Below, piece by piece: positions 61,519 through 64,000 of a stretch of DNA of 64,000 nucleotides. A program made the translations under genes and the position numbers. The notes beneath the pieces were generated by a model. The model saw only the letters and a program-made list of their open reading frames with translations. It ran no database searches and was not told the origin of the DNA. The DNA lies in the NCBI GenBank assembly GCA_030704615.1, contig CM060732.1:56482001-56546000 (forward strand), in the 5' to 3' direction. The stretch comes from Takakia lepidozioides (lineage: Eukaryota; Plantae; Bryophyta). The number at the start of each line of letters is the position of its first letter. Positions within the stretch are counted from its first letter, which is position 1.

Positions 61519-64000
61519 AATTGTTGCACCTTTGTGTGCATACCACGCCACCAATATTGCCCCTGCAGTAGACTATGAGTGCGTCGCACCCCAAAATGCC
61601 CCAACTCCTCATGGGCATGCCGCACTAACCGTGCCCGCTGTGTTGGGTGAGGCACAATCCTCACTCGACCATCCTCCCACACTCGGAGCACGTGTGTCCC
61701 CTCCCACTTGAACCTCTTGGCTCGTTGTAGGATCCGATCCCTCTCTTTGGCAGTCACAGTGGCTGCAGTGTCTCCAGTGCGGAGGTAGTCCAACACAACT
61801 GAATCCTCATGTATATCTTTGGCGCCACCTTGCTCATTGCTGGCCTCAGGGTCCTCAGACACTTGATCTACAGTCATCCCTGTTGCAGGTCCAACCTGGC
61901 CTTCCACTGCCAAGATACACAGAAATGCAGATGCATGCCATCCGGGCACCATCTCCTCGTCCGTCTCACCATGCCACCGAGCTCCAGTGTCATCCTGCTG
62001 GCTCGTGCATGGATTGCGACTCAACCCATCTGCATTGCGATTGACCAAACCCGGTCGATGCACCACCTGAAAGTCATACTCTTGAAGGATGAGTGCCCAC
62101 CGTGCAAGCTTCCCCGTAAGCTTGTCTGACTCCATCAACCACTTGAGTGGTTGGTGATCCGTGACAAGGGTGAAGAGATTGCCGTATAGATAGCACCTGA
62201 AGTGTGCCACGGCCCACACTGCAGCTAAGCATTCTCCCTCATATGAGCTATACTTAGACTCTGCAGCATTGTTCAAGCGGCTAGCATAAGCCACTACGAA
62301 CTCTCTTCCCTCATCATCCACCTGTGTGAGCACCGCTCCAAGCCCCAGCATGCTCCAATCTGTATGCAGCTGAAAAGGACGCCCCCTGATAGGTCGTCTC
62401 AAGATGGGCGCCGAGGTCAACCTCGCCTTGAGCTCTTGAAAAGCTCATTCTTGCTCATCTTCCCACTGCCACTCCTGGTCCACCTTGGTCAGCTTGGTTA
62501 GAGCCTTTGCAATGGCACTAAATCCCTTAACAAACCGTTTGTAATAGTTTGCTAACCCCATGAAAGCTCGAACTCGGCTCACATCCGTGGGGCATGGAAC
62601 CTGTGCAATGGACTCTACCTTAGTCTGCTGTACCCCCAATCCTCCAGGATATATCATGTGACCCAGATACTCAATCTGGTTGTGGAAAAACTTGCACTTG
62701 CCCGGATGTAACTTCAATCCGTGCGTTCTCAAGCGCTCAAATACCCCCTGAAGGTGTCTCTCATGCTCCTCCACCGTAGCACTAAAGATGATGATGTCAT
62801 CTATGTAGCACCGAGCAAACTCCACCCCTGCTAGAATCCTGTCCATGACTCTTTGAAACTCAGCGGGAGCGTTTTTAAGCCCAAATGGTAAGAACCGCCA
62901 CTGGTATAAGCAATCCTTCCCGTGCTCATTGATCCCCCAGAATGTCATCTTTTGCTTATCCGCCTCCTTGATCGGCAACTGGTGATATCCGGATCGTAAA
63001 TCCAACGTGCTAAAGACCTTGGAATGCTCAATGGCATCAAAGATCTCCTCTGGTGTCGGCATGGCATACCTATCGGACTTGGTCTGACGATTTACAGGCC
63101 GGTAATCACCGCACATACGTCTCTCCGTCCAATTGCCATAGACATCCTTCTTGGCTGGCATCACTATGGCTGAAGCAAACTCTCCACCAGAGAGCTCCAC
63201 CAAACCTGCCTCCCAGAGATCTTGAGTCCTCATCTGAATCAAAGACCTCTCCATGTCACTATATCTATAGGGTCTCCGAAAGATTGGCGTGTCAGTGGCC
63301 AACTCAATACGGATCTCTTGACCCTTCAGTGCTCCCAAGTCCTTCAAACTGAAGGCAGAGCAATTCTTGTAAGCCCTCAGGAACCGCCGTATACGTCGTC
63401 TCTCTCCTCCGGTGACAATGGGTCCAATGTCAGGCTCCCAATTGTCCTCCGTAACTGCAACCTTAAGTCCAGTGGGCTTAGAGGTAGAGGACGCGTCCCG
63501 TGGTTGCTATGCTGCAACCTCTTGAGCAGTACTCCCTTCCTGCTCAGTCAATGACAAGGCCTCATCCTGCCCCATCATCTCATCATTGAGAACCTCCTCA
63601 TCCCGAGAAGAATCCCCAACCTCATCCATCACAGCTGCCTTGGCTGCCAACTCCCTCTGAACCTCGAGCACCTCCCACGTGTGCCATGGATGTCTACACC
63701 CCGTGGTCCTCACCGGCTCGCCCCCACTCACTGCCTGTACCGTCTCGGTAGGCAGAGAGACCGTCAAGGGAAGTGCACTCCGCACTCTACGTTGCTCAGC
63801 CATAGCCAAGCTGATAATCCAGGTCAAGCAATTGAGATCCATTGCTTGCCCCAACACCTGACGACGTGATGCCTCAGAAAGAGAAGGCACCGCCGTGGTC
63901 CCAGTGGAAAATCCCATAGCCCGCTCTCGCTCGTCGGCATTAGGCTCCACTAACTGTTGCAACTGAGCATCCCACAGGAGGCCAGGTCCACCATCCCGAA
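61519..64000 (-). pseudogene. Ty3/Gypsy family 2 pol: C5-DNMT-like C-terminus, RT, RNase H, start of integrase zinc finger
   Basis: One reading frame with two stops (63507 TAG, 62445 TGA). EPNADERERAMGF...RRQVLGQAM; LDLRSGYHQ, YIDDI; HTDWS...EGECLA; HEELGHFG...YWW. Confidence 0.88.

Overview
Eukaryotic, land-plant-like, TE-saturated DNA (PLS-type PPR relics, short GT-AG introns; a non-seed plant is plausible but unproven). There is no intact host gene and one 500-N gap (40459-40958). Three systems are nested. (1) Three large copies and fragments of one non-chromovirus Ty3/Gypsy family; in copy 1 (63-8195) pol runs in frame into a ~1500-aa extension with an Athila eORF-like domain and a coiled coil. 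(2) Three insertions of one Mutator-like (MULE) family: two delimited by 9-bp TSDs, one cut by the gap. The 13.5-kb full copy (46341-59881) encodes a GCM-like/DDE/SWIM transposase, a divergently transcribed spliced gene that appears to fuse a ParB/Srx-like domain to a degenerate beta-class N6/N4 DNA methyltransferase-like domain, and a small orphan protein. Its non-coding DNA is studded with regularly spaced TTCGGCGCCGAA-core palindromes. This is the best candidate for an undescribed system. (3) A second Ty3/Gypsy family at the right edge carries a C5 DNA-methyltransferase-like C-terminus in frame upstream of RT. All domain calls are from motif recognition by eye, not searches.
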